The notes beneath the pieces were generated by a model. That model had not been told where the DNA came from. It ran no database searches and saw only the letters and a list, made by a program, of their open reading frames with translations. 45,732 nt of DNA from Vescimonas sp. (GTDB lineage Bacteria > Bacillota > Clostridia > Oscillospirales > Oscillospiraceae): the NCBI GenBank assembly GCA_045617185.1, contig JAZLIB010000173.1, positions 1 to 45,732 on the forward strand. The letters are read 5' to 3'. Below are positions 28,523 to 35,834 of this stretch, piece by piece. Each line of letters starts with the position of its first letter. Within the stretch, counting starts at the first letter, position 1. The position numbers and the translations under genes were made by a program.

Positions 28523-28903
28523 TTACTTGGTGAAGATCACCTTGCCGGCAGACTTGTTGACCCAGTTCTTCATGACGGGCAGCAGCAGGTTCAAAGCAAG
28601 AATCAGCACAAAGATCAGCACAAAGCCGATGATGGCATTCTTCAGATGGGTTTTTGCCTTCTCGCGCTCCTGAGGCTCCTCAGCTTTAGCATACTTCACA
28701 CCCAGCAGCACGCAATACAGCGCACCAATAGCACCCACGATAGCCAGCAGGGGACCAAGCAGGCTGTTGAGCAGCTCCACGATGGGAACATACACCGTAG
28801 AGAAATCGGTTGCAAACGCTGTGGTGGTCATCATGACAACGGACATCATAGCCGTTGCTACCTGTGCGCAGACACGCTTTTCGTTGAAGTTGATTTTTTT
28901 CAT
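28523..28903 (-). CDS. VirB2/TrbC-like T4SS pilin
   Basis: Start refined to ATG 28903 (RBS GGAGG); signal peptide ending TAFA; two hydrophobic helices linked by GVKYAKAEEPQEREKAKTHLKNAIIG, typical T4SS pilin topology. Confidence 0.85.
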   Translation of the reverse strand: MKKINFNEKRVCAQVATAMMSVVMMTTTAFATDFSTVYVPIVELLNSLLGPLLAIVGAIGALYCVLLGVKYAKAEEPQEREKAKTHLKNAIIGFVLIFVLILALNLLLPVMKNWVNKSAGKVIFTK

Positions 28904-28993
28904 TGTGTTTTCCTCCATTATAACAAAATATTTTTAATTGCTTATTTTCACGCCGCCATGCAGCATAGTGAACTGTTTTCATTCTCCGCTCTG

Positions 28994-29434
28994 TCACAAA
29001 GTCGGGCCGCTGTTATCCTTGATGATTTCCGGGGCAGCTTGCTTTTGCAGCGGTGTCTGTCCGCTTTGCAAAATCATCTGCTCGCTCAGCTTGTGTAGAA
29101 ACATACCGTTCTTGACTTCGGCAAGGAACTTCTTCGGTGGCTGGTCTGTCAGGCGGCAAAACGCATTGCTTTGCTGCAATTGCCTGCACATCATGTCCAC
29201 TGAAACATTAGCAGGAGGCTGTTGCTTTTGCATTAAACGGCCCACCACGCATTGTGAAGCCAAATTCATATATTCCGCAGGGGACAGTGCGCTTTCATGT
29301 TCCAGTTGTTGTTCCGCTTCCCGTCCGGCAACGATCGCCTGAGCACGTACTACTGTCCGCTCCACCAATCCCGGCGGCGCAGACGGTTCACATAGCGCTG
29401 CGGCAAGCTTTCCTTTGATCGTCATATCATTCAT
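28994..29434 (-). CDS. 146-aa soluble protein directly after the ECF sigma gene; putative anti-sigma factor with substrate-like C-terminal tail
   Basis: RBS GAGGA in the end of the sigma gene, 4-nt gap; N-terminus KLAAALCEPSAPPGLVERTV resembles anti-sigma N-domains; no TM; ends KQAAPEIIKDNSGPTL. Confidence 0.7.
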   Translation of the reverse strand: MNDMTIKGKLAAALCEPSAPPGLVERTVVRAQAIVAGREAEQQLEHESALSPAEYMNLASQCVVGRLMQKQQPPANVSVDMMCRQLQQSNAFCRLTDQPPKKFLAEVKNGMFLHKLSEQMILQSGQTPLQKQAAPEIIKDNSGPTL

Positions 29435-29438
29435 ATAT

Positions 29439-29897
29439 TCAATCCTCTAAATACCTTCGAAGTTGTTCCCTCGCCCTGAAAAGCATCGTTTTCACAGCAC
29501 TCTCGCTCTTATCAAGAATATCTGCGATCTCCTTAATGGAAAGTTCCTGTAAATAAAACAAGGTGATGACTTCTTTTTGGTAAGTAGACAACTTCTCGAT
29601 AGACTCCCGCAAGGCCAGGATATCATCCTGCGGGGTTTCCTGCGCCGTACCGAGATTGTAATCCTCCAACTCTTCGTGGTACATTCGCTCGCCCAGCAGC
29701 TGCTTGGCACAATTGATAGTCACACGAATGAGCCACGCTTTGCGGTGCTCCTCACTTTCAAAGGTGCGTTCCTTTTTGAAATACCGCAAGAAGGTTTCCG
29801 AGAAGATGTCGTCTGCGTCTGCAGAGTTCGCTGCATAGCGATACGCGATTTTGTAAACCATATCTGCGTATTCCCGAACAACTTGTTCTGCATTCAT
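29439..29897 (-). CDS. ECF-type RNA polymerase sigma-70 factor, 152 aa
   Basis: Start refined to ATG 29897 (RBS GAGGAGGT); region 2 ADADDIFSETFL...KAWLIRVTIN; region 4 LFYLQELSIKEIADIL..SESAVKTMLFRAREQL. Confidence 0.95.
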   Translation of the reverse strand: MNAEQVVREYADMVYKIAYRYAANSADADDIFSETFLRYFKKERTFESEEHRKAWLIRVTINCAKQLLGERMYHEELEDYNLGTAQETPQDDILALRESIEKLSTYQKEVITLFYLQELSIKEIADILDKSESAVKTMLFRAREQLRRYLED

Positions 29898-29898
29898 A

Positions 29899-29930
29899 TA
29901 CAACACCTCCTCTTTCCTTAATAGGTTACA
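29899..29930 (-). promoter_or_regulatory. Candidate ECF-sigma promoter (copy 3), overlapping the sigma gene's own RBS
   Basis: TGTAACCTAT-n13-GGTGTTGTA, ending 1 nt before the ATG; same spacing as the other copies. Confidence 0.5.
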
Positions 29931-30002
29931 TTCCGTTTGGAATTTTTTCGCTAATCCGCTTATATATTCTTCAGATTTGCATTCTCCCCCTATTTTTGAC
30001 AC

Positions 30003-30058
30003 ATTATAGCAAAGCAACCACAACAAAACCCTAACACGCGCCTCACAAAATCCTAACA
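30003..30058 (-). promoter_or_regulatory. Extended -10 promoter of the sigma/T4SS operon with four 11-bp-phased heptamer repeats over the -35 region
   Basis: Minus strand: TGTTAGG-n4-TGTGAGG-n4-TGTTAGG-n4-TGTTGTG-n10-TATAAT, with TGn before the -10 and no consensus -35. Confidence 0.65.
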
Positions 30059-30253
30059 AATCATAGGAATGACGGTTTATTTTTTTATTTACTCCTTTTT
30101 CTATATAGCATTTTATATTTTGATACGGTATAATGATGCCAATGTTATGCAAGAGAAGCAGCGATGGCACAACCGATTCTGTTTTTTTCGGCTGTCTGCT
30201 GCGACATTTCTCATGTGGAACAGACATGATCTGATTCGATAAGGAGGTGGAAA

Positions 30254-31036
30254 ATGATGATTGCGTTGTGTGTGGACAACGAGCATATGTCGTTGAAAAA
30301 TCTGAAGCGCGAGATAGAGAAATCTCCTGACATCACAGAGGTATTCACTTTTGATGATGAGTTGGATGCATTGGAGTGGGCGCAGAGCCATCCCTTCGAT
30401 ATCGCCTTTCTCGAAATCAGCATGCGCGGGATCGGCGGACTGAGGCTCGCCTCGACGCTGCGCCAAATTGACCCGTCCTGCTATATCATTTTCTGTACCT
30501 CCTGTCCGGAATACGCTCTGGACGCTTTCCAGATCCACGCTGACGGCTATCTGATGAAGCCCATTGGTTCCGAGCGCATACAGGCAGAAATAGAGTATCT
30601 CACCCGGCGGCATATCGCCAAGCCGTTGCTCACCATTCGCTGCTTCGGCGGTTTTGAAGTCAGCAATATGCACGGCCAGATTCTGAACTTCAAGCGTACC
30701 AAGACCAAGGAATTGCTGGCCGTGTTGGTGGATCGCAAGGGCATGGGCATCACCTCCAAGGAAATCTGCACCCTTCTGTGGGAGGACAGTTCTAATCAGG
30801 ATCAGAAGAATATGCAATACTTGTGGAATCTCTTCAGTGACCTGTCCAAGGCTTTGAAGCAGGCCGATGCACAAGATGTATTGATCCGTTCGGGCCGCAA
30901 TTATCTACTGGATATGCAAAAGGTGCAGTGCGATTACTACGATTATCTCAAACACCCCGACGCCAGCCACACCATGGATGAATATATGCCCCAATACAGT
31001 TGGGCAGAAATGTCAAAAGCAGGTATTATCAAGTGA
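30254..31036 (+). CDS. Orphan response regulator: receiver domain plus OmpR/SARP-type winged-helix output; Glu at the phospho-acceptor position
   Basis: RBS AAGGAGGT; CVDNE, DIAFLEISM and YLMKP receiver motifs; IRCFGGFEV, K.KELLAVLVDRKG and LLWED output motifs. Confidence 0.9.
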   Translation: MMIALCVDNEHMSLKNLKREIEKSPDITEVFTFDDELDALEWAQSHPFDIAFLEISMRGIGGLRLASTLRQIDPSCYIIFCTSCPEYALDAFQIHADGYLMKPIGSERIQAEIEYLTRRHIAKPLLTIRCFGGFEVSNMHGQILNFKRTKTKELLAVLVDRKGMGITSKEICTLLWEDSSNQDQKNMQYLWNLFSDLSKALKQADAQDVLIRSGRNYLLDMQKVQCDYYDYLKHPDASHTMDEYMPQYSWAEMSKAGIIK

Positions 31037-31076
31037 TACGCGGCATCGTATGGTCTGATGACAAAACGCTGACAGC

Positions 31077-31110
31077 AAAAGAAGCGAGGGTTTAAACCCT
31101 CGCTTCTTTT
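31077..31110. terminator. Bidirectional intrinsic terminator between convergent genes
   Basis: Perfect palindrome AAAAGAAGCGAGGGTTTAAACCCTCGCTTCTTTT. Confidence 0.9.
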
Positions 31111-31136
31111 ATTATGTTCGCTGTGTTATGTACGCC

Positions 31137-34100
31137 TCAGGCTGTCGGCCCCTGATTGACTTTCTTCGGAGCGGCTTTCTGCTGTGGAACCTGCAGCTTG
31201 ACTTCATTCTTCGCTTGTGCCTGAAGGGCCTTATCGAAGTCTATGTTCGGATTCTTCTCTAAAGCCTGATTACAACGCTTCAGGTTGTCATCACTGAGGC
31301 TGACGAGTAGTTTCTTGCTCTCGTGCGAGCCTGTGCGCATCACCTTTTCTGCCGCAGCAACCACGGTCTTGAATTCCGTCTTGTCACGCAGTTGGTTCAA
31401 GCGCTCCCCAAAGCTATTGAACGTCTCCTGCTCCTTGCGGACTTCCAAGCGGCGGCGTGCTTCGCCGGCCTGATTATCCTTGATACGGTTTGTCCAGTCC
31501 AAAGTCATGCGATGCGTGCCGGCGCATCTGACTTCCTTAAAAATCGCGGCACTGCCTTCATGGGCCAGAGCTTTACGCTTTTCAGCGGGAAGCATACGGT
31601 TTGACAGATCTCTGAGATAGAGACCGTCCTCCAAAATATTCTTTGCCGTGGGAGAGAATTCTGTCTTGCCGGCACCCGCCTCACCATTCTGGAGCTGCAC
31701 CAACCTCATGCCATATTCTATAAGGCTTTCATTGGCGCGCTTGTTGTAGGCCGCATCGCTTTCATTGGGCAGACGCTCCGGCTTTTTCCATTCGCCCGCT
31801 TCTTCATCAGTCACTTCTTTGCGGCTGCCGTTCACATCTGCCTGAACAGCCTTGAGCAGCATGATCTTGTTGATGCAGTCCAGTCGCTCTTCCTCTGTAA
31901 GTTTCTTCGTTCCCTCATGGTCACGGCGCAGATCGTCCTCTGCGTTATGGGCCGCGTTGGAGATCTTACCCATGGCGCTGACGATTTTGATGTTTTCCAG
32001 TTCCTGATCTGTCAGACCGTTTTTCTTGAGCATATCCATCATGCCGTGCTTCTCGGCAAAGTCCATCACCTTGTCGCACACTTCCGCCATAACGGAATGT
32101 GCCCGGTCGGACCAGCTGAATTCACCGATATGCTTGACATAGAGCTTCAGCGCATCTGTCAGATCCTTTGCCAGCATGTCCTTTCCGGTGCCGAGAACCT
32201 CACCGTTTTCTTTCGTATACAGCGTATCCTCATCCATGTTGGAGAGGTAGTCCAGCAGTTTCTCTCTGGTCGGCTCAACGATCGGCTCGAGGATCTGTCT
32301 GCTGTTGGGACGGGGCTCACCTTGGGTACTGACAATGTCCTCAAATGGCATGGAATCGGGCATATGTGCGGGGGTTTTCATGTTTTCAGGCGTGAAAAAG
32401 TCGGACTTGCGCAGGCTCAACATCATGCCAAGGGCGGCGAAAGTCTTATCGTCCATAGGCTTATCCTCCGGACGAAGCGTCGTGATGTCGATGTCTTTTT
32501 CCTGCATCTTGCGCCAGTCATTCATGTCGTAGACGGATTTGCCCGTACAAGACCGCATCCAGTCAGGACGCATTTCACGCTTGGCACCGTAAAAAGACTG
32601 AATGCTTCTCCAAAGATGTGCATTGTCGCGGAATTTCTCCATCTGGGCCTTGTCATTTTTACTGACAATCTGCCCCTCCTGAACACTTTCAGCGGCTTTT
32701 TGGGCTATATCTTTCGCCTTTTTAATCTGCTCGTACTCATCGCTGACCGACTTATTCCAGCGGTCTGTTTGGTTGACGGCAAAATTTTCTTTGAATCTTT
32801 CGCTGATTTTCGTCAGCGCGGCATTTGCCTTTTCCATATCACCGCTCTTCAGATCCGCAACCAGTTCAGGATTGGATTGGCGAAGTCTCCATGTAAATTC
32901 CCTGAACTGATCGCTCTTCCTGAGTTTGTCGGTCGCGTTGAGTTCCTCGAATTTCGGGTCAAATGCACCCAGCATTTCAAACATGGTGGTGCGGAACATA
33001 CTGTCGCTGGGATCAGCAAAGGCCTTATTCACCAGCATATCACCCAGCGTATAGTCAAACATATCCGCATCGTCTTCGGGAACACGGGTCATCGCGATCA
33101 GGTCATTTTCCACGTTGCGCAGGCGAGTCGGCCTCTGCTCCGCGAGTTTCTGATTCTTCTCTGTGATTTCATACTTCAGCTTTCCGACAGCCTCAGGAAT
33201 CTGCTTCCCGATCAGGTGCTTCCTTGTATCGTAAAACTGTTTATCGACATCATACTTTGCCTTTGCCTCGCGATATTTTCGCATGGTTTCTGTCGGAACA
33301 CCGCGTGCTCTTTCGGAAATCCAGTTGGCGAAACTTGAAAGCAAACCCGGTGCAGCAGGCTCTTTGGGCTCAGGTGTCCTGGCTGCGGCGATCTCCGCCG
33401 TGCCAATCAAGGGTTCAAAGGTATCCTTATTCTTATTTAAAAGAACCGGCATCGGCTGCATATCGCCGAACTTGCTCATCACATATAATTCACCACCCGT
33501 TTCGTCCAACATTGTGGTGGCGTTTTTGCTGTGGATATCAAAGGTCTTTCCGTTCCTGTCGCAGTAGACCATATTGTCCGTCAGTTCATCGTAGGTCATG
33601 CCCAGCCTGGTGGCAATTTTCTGATCCAATGCGAGGATTTCGCCAAAGGCAATATCGAACACAACGCCGAGAACATTTTCCGTATCCGGTATGGTCTTAT
33701 CGTATTTAGCTTCCCCACTGACATGAGAATATGCATCGCCCGTTTTCGATGCGGCATCTACGCTGTCATCCACGCTGTCATCCATACTGTCATCCTGTGC
33801 TTCACCTTGTTGTGCTTCAGGCTGTACTTCAGGCTTTCGACTTTTCACTTTGATGCCCTCTTCTGCCAACCAATCCCACACATTGTCGTTCAAATTGCTT
33901 AATTTATTCGGATTCGCATCCAGGAGGGTTTCCAAATTGACAGTCGGATAATAGGGATCTGCCATCAACGCCATCCTTTTTTCAATCACGGACGCGTCGG
34001 TCATCAGTGCGTTAACTTTCTTGTCGCACTCTTGAATCTGCTCCAGCGTAATATCTTCATACTGGTGCTTTTTTACTTCCTGGAGCAGGCCGTGTGCCTC

Positions 34101-34748
34101 CACAATAAGCTTAGCTTGTGTCACCAGATTAGGATACTGCTCAATCAACTCATCGTCCGTAAACTTGCGGGACAGCGCATCGCCGTACTCATCTATTGTG
34201 CGTTTAATAGAATTAAAAATAAGGTGCGCAATCTCTTTCTTGTTTTCCTGTATTGCCTGATCGATCTGCTCTTTGGACATATTTTTATCGCGATAATACG
34301 ATCTGTCTATTTTTTCGTGGCATTCTGCATAGCGTGCCAGCTCATCTTGCGTCATGCAGCGGCATGCTCGCTGCTCTTCACGCGGACGGTCAAAGTCTCC
34401 ATATCCGGGCTGATAACCGGCGACCTTTACCTGGGCGGCTGCGTACGATCTTGCCGCGCGAATTCGTTTGTCCGCTCTTGCCTGGCGCTCTGCCTCGGGT
34501 ACCAGTTTAATGGTAGGAATCATCCTTTTATAAACCTTTGTGATGATTGCCGGATCAATAGTAGGCGTGTCCCACAGCAGCTCTGCCCGCAGTGATGTTT
34601 CCAGTTCGGCATTGAGTGCTTCCCTATCTTCATGCGACAAAACCGCATTCTGGTTATTCCGTCTCAGCTCCTGCAGGCGGCGTTCCGCCAACTCAGAATA
34701 TTTTTTGATGGCATATTGGCCGATGTTGTTAGAATTAAGCATGCGCAT
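31137..34748 (-). CDS. Large hypothetical alpha-helical protein, 1203 aa; candidate T4SS substrate
   Basis: RBS AAGGAGG; charged, no signal peptide or TM; shares motifs with the 580-aa and 146-aa proteins; ends QQKAAPKKVNQGPTA. Confidence 0.88.
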   Translation of the reverse strand: MRMLNSNNIGQYAIKKYSELAERRLQELRRNNQNAVLSHEDREALNAELETSLRAELLWDTPTIDPAIITKVYKRMIPTIKLVPEAERQARADKRIRAARSYAAAQVKVAGYQPGYGDFDRPREEQRACRCMTQDELARYAECHEKIDRSYYRDKNMSKEQIDQAIQENKKEIAHLIFNSIKRTIDEYGDALSRKFTDDELIEQYPNLVTQAKLIVEAHGLLQEVKKHQYEDITLEQIQECDKKVNALMTDASVIEKRMALMADPYYPTVNLETLLDANPNKLSNLNDNVWDWLAEEGIKVKSRKPEVQPEAQQGEAQDDSMDDSVDDSVDAASKTGDAYSHVSGEAKYDKTIPDTENVLGVVFDIAFGEILALDQKIATRLGMTYDELTDNMVYCDRNGKTFDIHSKNATTMLDETGGELYVMSKFGDMQPMPVLLNKNKDTFEPLIGTAEIAAARTPEPKEPAAPGLLSSFANWISERARGVPTETMRKYREAKAKYDVDKQFYDTRKHLIGKQIPEAVGKLKYEITEKNQKLAEQRPTRLRNVENDLIAMTRVPEDDADMFDYTLGDMLVNKAFADPSDSMFRTTMFEMLGAFDPKFEELNATDKLRKSDQFREFTWRLRQSNPELVADLKSGDMEKANAALTKISERFKENFAVNQTDRWNKSVSDEYEQIKKAKDIAQKAAESVQEGQIVSKNDKAQMEKFRDNAHLWRSIQSFYGAKREMRPDWMRSCTGKSVYDMNDWRKMQEKDIDITTLRPEDKPMDDKTFAALGMMLSLRKSDFFTPENMKTPAHMPDSMPFEDIVSTQGEPRPNSRQILEPIVEPTREKLLDYLSNMDEDTLYTKENGEVLGTGKDMLAKDLTDALKLYVKHIGEFSWSDRAHSVMAEVCDKVMDFAEKHGMMDMLKKNGLTDQELENIKIVSAMGKISNAAHNAEDDLRRDHEGTKKLTEEERLDCINKIMLLKAVQADVNGSRKEVTDEEAGEWKKPERLPNESDAAYNKRANESLIEYGMRLVQLQNGEAGAGKTEFSPTAKNILEDGLYLRDLSNRMLPAEKRKALAHEGSAAIFKEVRCAGTHRMTLDWTNRIKDNQAGEARRRLEVRKEQETFNSFGERLNQLRDKTEFKTVVAAAEKVMRTGSHESKKLLVSLSDDNLKRCNQALEKNPNIDFDKALQAQAKNEVKLQVPQQKAAPKKVNQGPTA

Positions 34749-34814
34749 TGCCTCCTTAATTTATTGGAAATGTAGTCATTATTTCAGCATGCACGGTCTT
34801 TGTATCGTAATAAT

Positions 34815-34842
34815 ATTTTATCACGGCAAGCGCAAAAATCAA
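34815..34842 (-). promoter_or_regulatory. Possible SigA-type promoter of the 1203-aa gene
   Basis: TTGATT-16 nt-TAAAAT with TGn extension. Confidence 0.45.
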
Positions 34843-34901
34843 GTAATCCAGCAAATATAAGAATTTTTTCTCGAATTTTTGCAGAACACCGTGCTTCTTT
34901 G

Positions 34902-35759
34902 TCACAGACTCATCGGATTTTTTTCTATGGTCTTGGCGGGAATCTTTTGCTTCTTCGCGGTTGGCCGGCTCAGCCCGGCGCCGTCCATCAGTTTTCTTTT
35001 GCCGCCGGAACCGTTCATACCGACGAGTATTTCAGCACGTTTTTGCACATCGTTGCTGCCCAGCAGTATTTGCTCCACGTACTTGCTGAAAATCACATCT
35101 TCTTTCGCCTTTTCGTACGCGTTCTCATCACCGTCCACGTGCTGCAGAATATCCTGTCCTGCGAGGCCTTTGCGGAAAATCTTGCCGATCTTCACAGCGC
35201 CCTGCAGCAGCCGCATCTGCTCGTCCGTGCATTGTGCCTGTGCGTCAGGCTGCGCCAGCAGCCGTTCGGCCTGTCGGGCAATGGTAAGGAACACCTCTGC
35301 CGTACGCAGCTCCGAGCAGAGCAGTGCATTGCACAGCTGAGTCGCTGTCAGCAGCGGAACAGTGCTGTCCTCCTGCGCCTTAATGGTAGCCAGGAACTCC
35401 TTGAATTCGCGCGCAAAATCAAGGATCCGCGTCGGTGCGTCAGCCACATGCAATGCGTTGACCAGCTCCGGTGTACTTCTCCGATGGTATCTGGTTTTAT
35501 GATGGTGGCGCTCCATATCATACCAGATGGCCCATGCCATCCAGCGCTGGAGCCGACGTTTTCTCTGCTCTTCTTCCGCTTCATGGCGGGCTTGCTCCAG
35601 CACCCGATCTAACTCGGCAAGTTGCCTTTCACATTCCATCAAATGTGCTCGTATTTCGTCCTGCGATTCCGTTCCCTGCTGCTGGCGTGCCAGCCATGTC
35701 TCCAATTCAATCTCAACTTGTCGACGGTATTCCTGCCAGCGTTTTTCCTCACCGTTCAT
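34902..35759 (-). CDS. Hypothetical coiled-coil/helical protein, about 285 aa; candidate T4SS substrate
   Basis: Start refined to ATG 35759 (RBS GAGGTGA); the longer ORF start would place the promoter motif inside the CDS; ends PTAKKQKIPAKTIEKNPMSL. Confidence 0.78.
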   Translation of the reverse strand: MNGEEKRWQEYRRQVEIELETWLARQQQGTESQDEIRAHLMECERQLAELDRVLEQARHEAEEEQRKRRLQRWMAWAIWYDMERHHHKTRYHRRSTPELVNALHVADAPTRILDFAREFKEFLATIKAQEDSTVPLLTATQLCNALLCSELRTAEVFLTIARQAERLLAQPDAQAQCTDEQMRLLQGAVKIGKIFRKGLAGQDILQHVDGDENAYEKAKEDVIFSKYVEQILLGSNDVQKRAEILVGMNGSGGKRKLMDGAGLSRPTAKKQKIPAKTIEKNPMSL

Positions 35760-35802
35760 ATTCCCGGTCACCTCACTACATTTTCTATATTTCGCTTTTA
35801 TA

Positions 35803-35834
35803 TGTAATACCTCTGTGTAAAGCAAAAGGTTTCT
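35803..35834 (-). promoter_or_regulatory. Candidate ECF-sigma promoter (copy 4)
   Basis: AGAAACCTTT-n13-GGTATTACA, 43 nt upstream of ATG 35759. Confidence 0.65.

Noticed and set aside
28919-28950. Possible fifth ECF promoter upstream of the pilin (TGAAAATAAG-n13-TTTGTTATA)
   Set aside because: Spacing fits but the AAC core and GG are missing in an AT-rich stretch; too weak to call.
29898-30227. N-terminal extension of the sigma ORF (likewise 25257-25445 for VirD4, 35760-35858, 38801-38851, 40543-40611)
   Set aside because: These extensions run through promoters, terminators or neighbouring genes; strong RBSs mark the downstream starts.
31917-33338. Other long plus-strand ORFs (also 15944-17329, 24994-26397, 4696-5712, 36356-37342)
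   Set aside because: All are antisense shadows of well-supported minus-strand genes.
33759-33795. 12-bp repeat encoding DDSM-DDSV-DDSV in the 1203-aa gene
   Set aside because: Short slippage repeat in a disordered linker; no evidence for a separate function.
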